This document shows, one piece after another, positions 42,922-54,445 of a stretch of DNA of 54,445 bases. The stretch lies in NCBI GenBank assembly GCA_030167865.1, contig JALAGF010000807.1:1-54445 (forward strand). Reading direction: 5' to 3'. The first letter of the stretch is position 1. Every line of letters begins with the position of its first letter. A program made the position numbers and the translations under genes. The DNA comes from Craspedostauros australis (Eukaryota). The notes under the pieces were generated by a model, which was not told where the DNA came from, made no database searches, and was given only the letters and a program-made list of their open reading frames with translations.

Positions 42922-45900
42922 CTACCTGCGCAGGGCTCGTCTGGCCTCAAACACACGGTCTTCGCCGAAGTACAAGGAGAGGGTGTCGCGGTCCACTGCC
43001 AATGAGTCGTGCGTCATGTCGTCGTTGACGCTCATGATGTAATCGATGGCATGGCTTGTGTTCACGTGGTCTGCCAACGGTTCCTGACTGTCCTCTCGCG
43101 TAATGTCCTCACCAAAGCGGAATTTTAAGTTCGGCATGGCCCTGTTGGACTTGCACAATCTCTGCATGAAGGTGCAGAGGATGTCGGCGTGCTTGTAGCG
43201 GAAGGCTGCTGTGCGTTCCTTCTCAGATTGTGTCAACCGCACAAAGACGTACCACGAGCCCTTGGCGATCGGATCATCAGCATCTGCTGCAAGCGACAAC
43301 GCTGGATCGTCGGGATGCGGTCGTGTCAGGACAGCGTCGATGCTGTAAAGGTTTCGCAGATCCTCCGATTCGTTGATCTGCGCAAAGACCGGAGCGATAT
43401 CCGGTTGCTTGTCCGCGTCCATACACCTGAAGTACACCAGGACTTCGCCGGAATCCGTTCCAACCGTGATAGCTTCGACGGTCGCAGCGGTGCTGGATCT
43501 TCTGTCGCCCACCTTGGGGCTTGAGCGTTTGACGCTGCCGTCCACAGATCCGGGGCCGTTCCTAAATTTCGAGACCAATGTCTTTTTGCTCGATGCTCTG
43601 GTGTTCAACGTGTTGTGCGAGACCACGCTTTCGGCGTCGCCCATGTCGGTGGAGCGAACAGTGGCAACACGCGTTCGTGACCTTCGTGTCGAAAGAGAGG
43701 CGACTTCATCAGTCTCGCTGTCTGCGCGAGCTGCCCTGCGCCGTTGGTTGACGCTGCCGGCAACGCTCGCACCCTGTTGATTCACTTGTTCGTCGCCGTC
43801 AGTATTGTTGCTGCTGTTCCCGCCGCTGCTCTTGTTCTCGTCGTTCCTGGAATCTTGCGACGTGCCGTCTTCGGAATCCTTTGCCACGCTCGTTTCCACG
43901 TCCTCTTTCGGCATCACGTTTTCCTTCGCTTGATCTTCGCCGCTCACCTGACGCGTCTTGCCCCAGGAGAAGTCGTCCATGTGGAGGAAGGAGTAGATGG
44001 GGAGGTAGAGGTAGAAGACGGGGATGCCGAGGAAGACGTAAATGATGAACCAAAGGAAGCAGTCGAATCGCCGTCGCACGACGAATGGAATGATCATGAG
44101 AGTGATGGTCAGGCAGTAGAACCACAGAATGAGCGAGTCGATGGTCTCGGATCCGGAGGCGTACAGGTACGTGAGGTAGCCGAGGTAGGCGATACTAGAT
44201 GGCAAGATGATCGTGGCCAGAAGATCGGCGATCACGATGGACTTCATCGAGATGCAGCAGATGCCGCACATCGTGCCGACCTTGAGGAGCTCGAACATGT
44301 TGTGCATCGTGGAGTTGATCCATCGACGGCGCTGGCTCAGCAGGATGGAGAAGGTGTTGGGGACGATGGTCCAGCAGATGGCTTCGGGGACGAAGCTGAG
44401 CCTCATGTCTGGGAAGTTCTGCAGCAGGAGCGTCGTCAGCATGCGGTCCTCGCCCAATTCGAACAGGTTCATTTCGTGCAGGGAGGTGATGTCGTTGCGC
44501 GAGTACTCGACGAGGATGTCGTCGGAAGAAATCAATGGGTGCGCACTCTCCGTGAAGAGACGGTACATCGTGAAGCATCCCGGCAAGCACGTGACGCACC
44601 CAAAGACAGACTCGAACGCTTTCTTCATGTGATGGCTGGAGAAGTACTCGAAGACTTGCATCATGGATACCCAGGAGTCCCACTTGTTGTCCACTTGCGT
44701 TTCACCGCAGCAGGCCAGCACCTTCTTATTGTGTTCCAGATGATACACCATGTGCTTCATGGCATCGGAATCCACACGCGTGTCGGCGTCGATCGCCATC
44801 ATGTACTCGATCTCCTTCAGTGGGACCCCGAGCTGTCCGAGCTCCTTTTGGACCAGCATATCGAGCTCTGTGGGCTTGCGGTTGTACTGCAACCGATTCA
44901 GCATACCTGCAATGACGAGCTGCGAATCGCGCTTGCCCCGATTTCCTGCCTTTTTCGTGCCGCGATCCTCCATGGCTCCTTGCTTGATTAGGACGACGTA
45001 GTTGAGACGCCTTGTGATGCCCTCGACCTCCTCGATCTCCTTTACCTCCTTTTCGTAGATTCCGGAATACGCGGTAATGTAGTTGTCGGTCTTCTTTCCC
45101 AGACTCTTGTACTGGAAGGCTTCGTCCATGTTGTTGAATTTGAAGCCCAGGATGTTGCCGAGGATCTCGGGTGTGCTCTGCGTCTCGCCATGCCCCGTGA
45201 TGACGCCATCGGCGACGACGACGAGAACTCTGTTCTCCTCCGGATAATCGTTGACAATGACGCTGTCAATTGTTTTTCGGAGCTCGTCGTCTGACTCGTT
45301 GTAGCACGGCACCATGATCATGACTTTGGCTTGGCGGTCCTCCGGGGTGAAGTTGGGTGCTTTGCGGTGCAGGTAGAGCAAGGACGAGAGGACCTGAACG
45401 AGCATGATGAAGGTGACGAGGAAGAGGAGGAAGTACATGGCGATGCCAATCGTGTCGCAGATATCGTCGCCGGCGGTGTCGATTGTGCCATGGAAGAACA
45501 TGTGATCGAGGCATTCCTTGTAATCACTCGTGTTGAAGACTTCATTGTACAGCGCGCTGGCATCCTCGCCTAGCTTGTTGACGATGAGGTCGTGGAGGCG
45601 CTCGTCCAGGTATGCGTTGGCGTTTTCGTGCGTCCTTTCGATGCGCTCTGTCTCGTTGTTCCTGTGCATGTGCGCGTGAATGTGTGCGCGTCAATGTGTG
45701 TGTGTGTGTTGTGTGTGCGGTTAGGGTGAGAATAGTACAATAACATCATTGAATGAATGAATGCGTTAGTGCCGGAAGATACTGGTATGAAGGACGCGCA
45801 CAACACAAGTGTTACCATGGTCAACCAGATCATGAAACCACAGCAACAGTCAATGCCATGACATACTATTGTCCCAACAATAACAACACTCGTACAACTT

Positions 45901-47542
45901 ACCGCAACTCAATGATGTACTGCGTGACATCGTAGATGGTGTTGTTGATGGTGATGAAGTCGATGCCCTGCGCGCTGCGCACCTCCCAGAGGGGCACGCG
46001 CGAGGTTTCTTGGGGGACGTTGCCGAACATGTCGCGGACGCCTTCGGGTCCCACGATGTTGGTGTGGCAGAAGGCCTGCTCGTCTGTCTCGTTGAAGAAG
46101 CTGAGCTGCGGGCAGGATGGTTCATCGAACTGCGAGACATCCTTGTTGGGGTCGACGCAGAAGGAGGGCAGGGAGGACGGTGGTCGGCGCGGGAAGAAGA
46201 CGGAGGCGTCGCGCTCGTAGAAGTCCCGGATGAAGTTGGATCCGCCCGGATGCTTGTCGGCGTAGGACTTGGCGTCGTACTTGGTTCCGAATATGATCAT
46301 CCAGGGCTCCTTGTGGTTGCTGTCCACCGAGTCCGTGAAGAGACTTGCCGATCTGCAGAAGTAGATGGGTAGGAAGCCGATGCCGCCGACGACGAAGAGC
46401 GAGATGAGCAGGACGATGATGCAGATGGTGACCTTTTCACGCCAAGCCTGCTTGATGCCGGCGATCTTGTTTTCGTCCTCCGCCTCCGCCTTGATGCAGG
46501 CGTTGGGGATGCAGCATGTGAGGCATTTGGACAGGTTTCTCCAGAATGCAGCTCCCTTCGGTTCCTGCTTGCGACTGAAGACCTTGATGTCATCTGCGAA
46601 TTTGGGTTTGTTCTTCTTTCGCTTTTGGGGTCTGTCATATCGGAGCATGCCATCCTCCTTGGCCCTGGCAGCGCCCTTCTCGATGGCAGCGGAAGGATCC
46701 ACGCCTTCGAAGGCCTTGAGTTCGGCCTCGGCGGCGGTAGTGTAGCGCTTGGAGGGCAGACTGCTGCCGTCCGCGCTGGCCATGGTCATGTATTCATCGT
46801 CGGCCTGGCTGTCCTCCATGAGGTCGTCGTCTTCGGGATCGACGTAGATTCGATTTGGCACGCCGTGGAAGTTGGTGCCATCGTAGCCGTGCGTATCGTC
46901 CAGGCTTCCGTTGCGGGACGCAAGGCGCTGCGGCTGTGACGGCATTCCGTCCGGGTTGGCCCTTCGCTCCACGCGGGACGGAACGACACCGCGGAATCCC
47001 ATCAACTCCGGTCGGTACGCTGCGCCGCTCTCATCGCCGGCAAAGAACGCAGGTGCCTGCGGACGTCCGCGCGATCGTGGCATGGGTCCTCCGACGGGAA
47101 GGCTGCGTCCGGGGTGAGGTGATTGCGGCGGTGCCGCGTATGGGCTGTGCATGACGGGAGGTGGAGCGGCGTGCATCGCGGGAGCATGGTCAAAGTAGGC
47201 CGGGCCTGGAGGAGGTCCCATGGAGGGGTAGACGTACTGCGACCTTGCGCGCGGCGGCCCGGTGGGCGAAACGAAGGGTTGCGCACCGTAAGCGCTGCGC
47301 GCATCGAACTGCGGGGCGTAGCGTGGAGATGGAGACTGCGGCGGCACCATGCCCGTGTGAGAGTGGAAGCTCCGCTGTCTGCGCGGGTCCTGCGGCATCA
47401 TCTGAGGAGGGTACGGCGGTGGCCCCTGCGGGTATCCCGCCGGCATCTGCTGAGCGTACTGCCGATTGTCGGGGCCGCCTGGAGGAGGGCCTGCCCCGTG
47501 CGAGTACCCAGATCCCGATCTTGGTCGTCCATGGCTGCTCAT
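42922..47542 (-). CDS. CHS: Chitin synthase with cytochrome-b5-like domain (class IV/V-like, no myosin head); two exons (47542-45903, 45661-42922), ~1459 aa
   Basis: AWREK motif, WMIIFGTKYD...HPGG (b5-like), VPCYNES, GNRGKRDSQ, DADT, CLPGCFTMYR, LGEDRMLT, QRRRWINST, HMDDFSWG. Phase-2 intron GTAAGT...CACAG joins the ORFs in frame. Confidence 0.95.
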
Positions 47543-48558
47543 CGTCAAAGTCTATTGTTATAGTTATAGTTAGCGTTGACTGCTATTGCTATTGCTGTTG
47601 CTATCGTGGAGTGTTGTCGTCGTTGTTGACTGCTTGTGTTGTTGGCTGCTTGTGATGACTGCCTGTGTTGGCCGCTGTCAAGTTCAGAACCCTGCATTAG
47701 TGCGAGCAATGTGTTGAGATTGGTGGCAAGTGTGGGTGGAGTGGACGTGAGAGACACAGAGCGTTGTGGAGTACAAGCTATCACTGCTGGCTGCTATGTT
47801 GTCATCCTTGATGGACGCACATGCAACATAACACAACATAACACAACGCGACGCACCTTGTCTTGTTGCTTTCTCTATCTTTTTATCTCCCACGTTTGTG
47901 TGCTTGCCTTGTTTGTTTTACGTACGGCTATGGCGCGATCTGAGGCTTGGCGCGTCTGGTCTCCCTATTCTCGATGCGTTCGAGGCGGGGCTGGGGTGTT
48001 GCACAATGGCCTTTGGTTGCGATGTTGTCCGTATTTTATGATCGTGACAAGACCGCGACGGAATGGTGGATGTTGCGGTTTGGGCTGGGGTGTTGGGATC
48101 AGTTGTCCCATACCATCGCGATGGTTGAATTCATCCACCGTTCTGTGCAGTGTTTGCCTTTCCTTTCTATGTGATAATTCGTGCACACCCTTGTTTGGCC
48201 GGCATCATTTTTAGGACGGGAAAACATCCCGAAAACGTTTTGCTGGTTGCGTCAACGAACTTCCCTATTGATTTGTGTGCAAGGGAGAAGTGTCAATGCC
48301 CTGTCTGCACAAATAGGTGTCCTTATGTAAACAAGAAGCGTTTGCATCACACAAATGTCCCTGATGTGAATCGTGACTAACGCACCGGATGACGACCATG
48401 GTGCCACCGTCATTTTTATCGGCTTCGTAATTCTTACAGTTCGATTGCACAATCACAACCAGACAGTTGCACACCGCGGCAACTCCAAGTGTTCTCATCT
48501 CAATCAGATGCAACGACAACTCAGTTGAAGCCTCGCACACAAACTCTTCCCAGTCGAT

Positions 48559-51500
48559 TTACTTTATGGGTGGCACGGTCGCCGAATTCATCCCCTCATC
48601 GAGCGCCGATGTCTTCTCGATGTTGTCCATCGTCAGTTCCTCCACCTTCACCAACGCCGATCGCGCGATGGCCTTGGCGTTGTGCAGCTCGGCCTCCGTC
48701 TTCTGCAGTGCGGCCTTCATGCGGTGGTACTCCGCGTTGCGAGCCTGATCCTGCTGCTCGCGCTTCTTCAGAGCGTGGATCAACGAATGATTCTCGGTGT
48801 TGGCGTCCTGCAACTTGTTCTGCGTCACTTCGTACCGGCTGTTCAGCTCGATGAACTTCTGCCGCAGCTTGTCTCCGCTGTCCCTGCTGGCGCCCACCTC
48901 GCTGGACCTCGTCGCCAGATCCTCGATCTTGTCGTGCAGCTGCGAATTCTCCAGCTCCAGCTGCCGTATCGTCTCCTCCATCTCGTCCTTCATGCGTTGG
49001 AACTCGAACGTGGGATCGTGCGTGCCGCCGAACGTCGATCGCGAATGATCGTCGCCGTGGTCGTGCCCGTTCGATTGCATGCGCCGAAACTTCTTGCGCA
49101 TCGTCCGCAGCTCCTTCGATATCATCAGCTTCTCGCGTTCGGCCTCCTCCAGATGCATCTGAAGCGGCTTCAGCAACCCCAACGCCTCCTTCAGGCTCTT
49201 GTTCAGGACCTTCTCGGACTGCTCCTTCTTCGTCAGCTGCGTGCGCGACAATCGCAGCTGCGACTCCAGTTCCTCAACCTGCGCGCCATCCGATCGCGAC
49301 TGCAGCATCGTGCGCAAGGAATCGATCTCGCGTTCGCGCTCCTCAAGCCGGTTCTCGTACTGCTCGCTCATCGACGACTCATTCAGCTGGCCTTGCAATT
49401 CCCGGTTCTTGCTGGCCATGTCCTCATTCTGCTGATGCATCGACGAGAACCGATTTTGCGCATCGCGCAGCATCTGCTGCAAATTGGTCTCCGTCTCGCG
49501 CTTGCGCCGCAGCTCCTCCCGCGCACGTTGCAGCTTCGATATGGGTTCGCTAGCACTGACGCTACGATTGTTGGCGGACGGACTGGCTGCCAAGAGCTTC
49601 TCGCGCGCCTGCGCCAACTGCTGGCTCTCGTCGAGCTGCTGCTGCAGGGACTGTATCTGCTCATCCATCTCGGCCAGCTGCAGATCGCGCCGCCGCCGTT
49701 CCAGACTTTCGCCATGCTGCTTCTGCTGCAGCGCCTTGATCTCTTCCTCCATCGCCTTCTTGTCGACTTCCGCCTTGCCGACGGCGTCCTGCAACGGCTT
49801 CAGCAGCGCCACGGCCTCCTTCAGGGACTCGCGCAGCTCCCCGCTCGATTCCTCGCGACTCTTCAGCTCCCGCTTGTACATTTCGAGCTGATCCGGCGCC
49901 AGCACCGTCTCGATCGTGGTCTGCAATTCCTGCGCCAGCTCCTTGGGATCCGTCGGCATGGCATCATGCCGTTGCACGTTGGAATGCTCGTCCGTGATCC
50001 ACTGCAACAACCCCTGCATGGTCTGCACGGCTTCCGTCGGCTTCTTGCCATCGTGCTGCAGCTCGGCATCGACAGCCTCGAGCTCCTTCAGTGCTTCGTC
50101 GAGACAGTTCTGCAACTCCGATCGCTCATGTTCCAACGACGATATCTTCTGCAGCAACTCATCACGGTCGTTGTTGGATTGCGTTTTGGAGGCGGCCGTC
50201 GTGGCCAATCGCGTGCGGGCCTGCCGCAGCTGCGCCTGCAGATCCGCGAGCTGGTCGTTCCAACCCACCTCGGCCTCCTTCCACTGCGCGCGGCATGCCT
50301 CGAGGTCCTCCTTGAGCTGGTTGCACTCCTGGTGCAGCTGCGCGATCTGGCGGTCCTGGTCTTGCACGCGCAGTTCCCACGTGTACTGCTCGGCCTCGAG
50401 GGTGTCCTCCAGCTCCTTGCGGATCATGTCGGCCGTGAGTATCTGCGCGTGCGCGCGATCCAGCTGGACCTGCAGTTCCCCGACCTTGGCATTGTTGGCC
50501 TGCGACTCCTCGATCTGCAGCTGCGATCTGAGGGATTGCACTGTATTCTCTAGTTCCTGGACCTTGGTGGAGTTGGATTGGTGCGACGTGGCACGTTGCT
50601 GCGCCAGCTGCTTGTTGATCTGATCGTGCTTCTGCTTGAAGTCATGGCGCTCGTCCTGCGCCTGTTCCAGCTGACGCTTCATATTGCGAACGCTGGACCG
50701 CAACTCCAGGATGACGGCGTCGGACTTGGCCAGCGCCGCCTTGGCTGTGCTGTCCTTGGCCTGCGCATCATCCAACGCGGACCTTAATCTGGAGATGGTG
50801 GCTTCCGATCCGTCCCTCCTCATGGCGAGCGCATCCGATGCGGATAGACCCACGGGCGTGGACGGAGTCGTTGGTGTGGACGTTCGCGTTGAGGCAGCCG
50901 GTGATCTCGTGTTCGTGGATGGGCGAGGAGATGGTGTCCTCGTCGTTCTCGCCCTCGCATTCATCGTCGCACTGGGAGGTGTGGCTGTGGTTTCATTTGT
51001 AGTTGTATTTGTATGTGTATTTGTATTTCGATTGGCAGAGTTAGCGCGGCTTCTGGTCGTTGGCAGCACAACTACCCTAGACGCATTGTTGGAAGCATTG
51101 TTGGAAGGGTTGTTTGTGTTCGGCGCTGCATTTCCTTTTGGCGTCATGGAACGTTGGTTCTGTGCTCTGTTCTGGTTGGAGTTGCCATTGCCATTGGAGT
51201 TGCCATTGTTGCCTGCGCTGTTTCTGTGCTTGTTGAAGAAGTAGTTCCCTCTGACATTCCCTCTGTTGTTGCTGTTGCCGTTCGCGGTGTCTGATTGCGT
51301 CGACGGAGATGCCGCTGCAGCTGCTCCAGGTGATGGCGATGGACTCCGTTGCGAACCCGGCCTCCCACCTGCATTGTTCATGTTCGTATGCCTGCCATTG
51401 CCATTCCTCGCCCTCTGATAGGGATAGTTGATGCCGCTGCTATAGTTGGTGTTGGTGGTCCTGCTGGCTCCGCTGACGGGAGTCACAGGCGACGACGATT

Positions 51501-51732
51501 GCGTGGGCGTCACAGCCGTGGACGATGCGGCCGTGCTGACCGTCCCCGTCGACGCGTTTGTGTTCGAGAACTTGTTGTTGAGCGCTTGTCTATTGTTGCT
51601 GCGCTGCGCGGTCGTTCCGAAGGAGCTGTTGCCGTTGCGCTTGGGAGATGACATCGGCGTCCCCACCACCACCTTTCTGTTGGCCGGCGATGGGATGCGC
51701 GATGCGTACGAGTACTGCGCATAGTCCTTCAT
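48559..51732 (-). CDS. Large coiled-coil protein with Asn/Ser/Thr-rich disordered N-terminus (1057 aa), function unknown
   Basis: Long ATG-initiated ORF with heptad E/Q/L/K-rich sequence over ~750 aa. Confidence 0.88.
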   Translation of the reverse strand: MKDYAQYSYASRIPSPANRKVVVGTPMSSPKRNGNSSFGTTAQRSNNRQALNNKFSNTNASTGTVSTAASSTAVTPTQSSSPVTPVSGASRTTNTNYSSGINYPYQRARNGNGRHTNMNNAGGRPGSQRSPSPSPGAAAAASPSTQSDTANGNSNNRGNVRGNYFFNKHRNSAGNNGNSNGNGNSNQNRAQNQRSMTPKGNAAPNTNNPSNNASNNASRVVVLPTTRSRANSANRNTNTHTNTTTNETTATPPSATMNARARTTRTPSPRPSTNTRSPAASTRTSTPTTPSTPVGLSASDALAMRRDGSEATISRLRSALDDAQAKDSTAKAALAKSDAVILELRSSVRNMKRQLEQAQDERHDFKQKHDQINKQLAQQRATSHQSNSTKVQELENTVQSLRSQLQIEESQANNAKVGELQVQLDRAHAQILTADMIRKELEDTLEAEQYTWELRVQDQDRQIAQLHQECNQLKEDLEACRAQWKEAEVGWNDQLADLQAQLRQARTRLATTAASKTQSNNDRDELLQKISSLEHERSELQNCLDEALKELEAVDAELQHDGKKPTEAVQTMQGLLQWITDEHSNVQRHDAMPTDPKELAQELQTTIETVLAPDQLEMYKRELKSREESSGELRESLKEAVALLKPLQDAVGKAEVDKKAMEEEIKALQQKQHGESLERRRRDLQLAEMDEQIQSLQQQLDESQQLAQAREKLLAASPSANNRSVSASEPISKLQRAREELRRKRETETNLQQMLRDAQNRFSSMHQQNEDMASKNRELQGQLNESSMSEQYENRLEEREREIDSLRTMLQSRSDGAQVEELESQLRLSRTQLTKKEQSEKVLNKSLKEALGLLKPLQMHLEEAEREKLMISKELRTMRKKFRRMQSNGHDHGDDHSRSTFGGTHDPTFEFQRMKDEMEETIRQLELENSQLHDKIEDLATRSSEVGASRDSGDKLRQKFIELNSRYEVTQNKLQDANTENHSLIHALKKREQQDQARNAEYHRMKAALQKTEAELHNAKAIARSALVKVEELTMDNIEKTSALDEGMNSATVPPIK

Positions 51733-51760
51733 GTTGGCGTTGCCACTTGTGCTTGCACGA

Positions 51761-51840
51761 GTATAGTATGGTATTGTATGGTGTAGTATGGTGTAGTATG
51801 GTATAGTATGGTGTAGTATGGTGTAGTATGGTGTAGTATA
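51761..51840. repeat. Minisatellite of 8 x 10 bp (consensus GTGTAGTATG)
   Basis: Read directly, ~30 bp upstream of the coiled-coil gene ATG. Confidence 0.95.
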
Positions 51841-53467
51841 CGATCTGGTGGCTCGATGCTTTCAATGAGCACTTGATTGTGATTGCTGCAGGTTTCACCA
51901 ATCGATCGATCTCCAATCAGCTTCCAAAGCGGTATTGCTCTCTGCGTTGTTGGGTGTTGGACGCTGGATGCTCGACAGCTCTTCTTCCTCAATGGGATGC
52001 AGTCAGTTGCGCTCCTGCTCGCAGACACAGGACCAATCGATGAGGAGACTCCAGCCGATTGAAGCGCGCGGGTTGGAGTACACGCAGATCGTGGAATACC
52101 AATGGCTCAATTAGCACTCTTCGATGTAAGAGCAGTGGGAGTGGAAGTGGGAGTTGGTTGATGCTACTGCCACCTTCCTTGGTGCTTGATGGTGGGAGTG
52201 TTGCTAATGCAGGCAGCGTCGGTAGCAATGTTGCATGGTCATGTATAGTCGGTGATACTCACAGAGGAGCTTGGCACTCCTTTCGATCTGGGCTCTCTCT
52301 CTCTCCTTTCTTTGTTGCTTCCTCGTCTTGTTGCGCGCCAACACGAACAACATTCCGAGCCACGCTGTCGGTGCGCTTTCTTCACGCAGAAAACAACTTC
52401 CGCCAACACACTCCTCGCGATCGCCATCTCTCCACACCAACGTCGACAAGTCACGTTGTTTGCTCGTGTTTGTGTTGCCAACACGAAATATACGATAACG
52501 GTTGGACGTTAACGATTCTGGTACACTTCCTACACAACGGCGGATACTGGAACCCAACATCGTTTAACGACATCGCGCAACACTGCTTGTTTGAAATGTT
52601 TGTGTGACAACCAATCGTCCAATGAGAATCGTGGCCCAACACGATAGGCTACGAGAAGGAACGCAGGGGCACTTGCTTCGTTATCGAGTGGAATCCAATC
52701 GTGTTTCACAATGGCGCCAATTCGTCGATTCCGACGAACTTCTTGCGACATCGTCCAACAGTCGCCATCGTTGTCATCAACAGAGAGGTTCGGAGGTTGG
52801 TGACCAACGCAACGGCACAACACGACATAACATGGCCATGAGATGAACGCGATGAAGGAGACGACGATGATAGGCAACGATGGATGGAGCAGTTCTTGTC
52901 ATCAACATAGCCTTCCTTGAGCGAGGGTGCGAATACTGAAGGCGCATTGAGCCGTCTGTGATAGCCGCGTCACCCACGCCGTTTAACACCCAGCCTATTT
53001 TGCTGTATCGAAATCAGATGATGAGACAGTTATCTCCGACCAACCGCATCGACGATGGACCACCCTGGTCTCTCCTTTCATCCTTGACAATGATCCAACG
53101 GTGGCAGAAACACTCACGTCACGAGTGTCCCGAAATCAAGAGGAGTTGGGGTTTTGTTGTGATCCTCTCACCATCAGGTTTTGATGCAAAGGAATCAAAC
53201 ACAACCATGCGTGGTTCGTACGAATGCGAACGGAAAGAGGAGTGTACCACAACTGAAACAAGCATGGAGGACGTAATCATAGACACACTGTTTTCAATCG
53301 TCAACCCATAATCTGCACAAACGGCAGACCCAGGCTCGAGCAACGACAACAAGTGAGCCCATCACTCGCCCATCAAACACTGCCATCGCCACCATCATCG
53401 CAATCACCACCACCAAACAACAACTCCAGACAAACATACCTGCCATACAAGTAAGCCATCCTGCAAG

Positions 53468-54445
53468 ATGTCATTCAGTGCAATCAGGGCCAGCGGAGCC
53501 TCTGAGAAAGTGCCACACACCGAGTTCTGGTTCCTGAAGACTAATGCCGAGAACGATAGGTTCAAGGATTTGCGGGAGAGGGTCCTGCAAAATTCCGGTC
53601 CTATGAAATTCATGGCCTTTGCGAACGCGATGAAGTCTCTGTGTGATAAGGGTACTGAACTCGAGGATGCGCTCAACAAAGCACTCACGTTCGCGAAGAA
53701 TCCTTCGGGTAACAAAAGACGCCTCGATAAGCCTAAAGACGAGAATGCGTGGATGTTGCAGATATTGGAGGCGATCTACCGTGCCATCAAGCTTGATCCA
53801 CTCTTCAACGACTCCGAATTCTGGGACAGAGACTTGAGTCAAGACGGGTTGCAAACAATGATAACTTTGGCGATCAAATCAAGCGATGACACCAGCGCAA
53901 CAGATGAAAAGACCATCGACGACATCGACGACATCGAAGAGGCCAGGACGAACGCAATCAAAGTCATGACGAACCCCCCTGATGAGGGGGCCGCCAGGGC
54001 GTTATGGAACAAGGCAATTGTATGTGTGGTCGACATGAAGTCCTCCAATCCACTGCACCGATGGCTCACCGACCCCCATAATGTGGCGCTCGCTTGCGAG
54101 CTAAGCTCGGCTTCCGAGATAAACGACGCCGTGCTCGAGGCGCCGCTCCCGGTCATAAGAACCAAATTGAATCAAGTTTATGCCAGTCGCTTCAAGGACC
54201 GTCTTCGTCGCTTATTCTGCGATTCATGCAACGACAAGCAGAAGGACCCGTCATTCTACATCGGCCATCTGGCTTTTCGACACAAGGGCAACACCACCAA
54301 CGCCCTCGGGACAGCCTATGTTCCAGATGATCAGAACGAAGCTGGAAGCGGCGATCTGGTTCTTGTGTACTACTCGGGCAGCGGCAAAGGCAAGACGGTG
54401 GATATCGCAGCAAGCTCTGTGACCAGGAAGGCTGCTCTCACGATG
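53468..54445 (+). CDS. Partial ORF (326 codons, open to the window end) with a Walker A-like motif
   Basis: Manual translation from ATG 53468 (MSFSAIRASG...) has no stop to the window end. It ends ...GDLVLVYYSGSGKGKTVDIAASS. Missing from the ORF track. Confidence 0.75.
   Translation, partial: MSFSAIRASGASEKVPHTEFWFLKTNAENDRFKDLRERVLQNSGPMKFMAFANAMKSLCDKGTELEDALNKALTFAKNPSGNKRRLDKPKDENAWMLQILEAIYRAIKLDPLFNDSEFWDRDLSQDGLQTMITLAIKSSDDTSATDEKTIDDIDDIEEARTNAIKVMTNPPDEGAARALWNKAIVCVVDMKSSNPLHRWLTDPHNVALACELSSASEINDAVLEAPLPVIRTKLNQVYASRFKDRLRRLFCDSCNDKQKDPSFYIGHLAFRHKGNTTNALGTAYVPDDQNEAGSGDLVLVYYSGSGKGKTVDIAASSVTRKAALTM

Noticed and set aside
43744-44991. 415-aa plus-strand ORF (likewise 30823-32049 minus and 3206-4234 plus)
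   Set aside because: Antisense shadows of the chitin synthase, vWA and PhyH genes.
2441-47542. Whole window as a biosynthetic or functional gene cluster
   Set aside because: The genes have unrelated functions and mixed orientation, and the sequence supports no shared pathway.
48682-50553. 623-aa plus-strand Leu-rich ORF
   Set aside because: Antisense mirror of Glu/Gln codons in the coiled-coil gene.
51761-51840. CRISPR-like or telomeric array
   Set aside because: Contiguous 10-bp units with no spacers and no cas genes, and not a TTAGGG-type repeat.

Overview
Gene-dense eukaryotic nuclear DNA, most likely from a diatom or related stramenopile. This is inferred from GT-AG introns, a DUF6824-like domain, a bipartite plastid-type presequence and a copia-type primer-binding site. 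From left to right the window holds: the 5' end of a Ty1/copia-like LTR retrotransposon on the minus strand (LTR, internal tRNA-iMet PBS, gag-like ORF running off the window); a membrane-anchored PhyH-like 2OG-Fe(II) dioxygenase fused to DUF6824-like and tandem Tudor-like domains; a tandem array of four secreted 10-Cys, GPI-anchor-like paralogs I cannot assign to a family; a Xi-class GST; a spliced bZIP factor; a protein of ~42 ankyrin repeats; a Sqt1/AAMP-like WD40 protein; a spliced vWA + auxilin-like J-domain protein; folylpolyglutamate synthase; an RCC1-repeat protein; two tandem SMYD-type SET proteins, the second ending in an eEF1B GEF-like domain; a spliced cytochrome-b5-domain chitin synthase; a large coiled-coil protein; and a partial P-loop-like ORF at the right edge. 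The most notable observations are the SMYD-eEF1B fusion, the Cys-rich surface-protein array, the PhyH-DUF6824-Tudor and vWA-J architectures, and three perfect ATGACGTCAT palindromes in intergenic DNA. All domain calls are by eye; no database searches were run.
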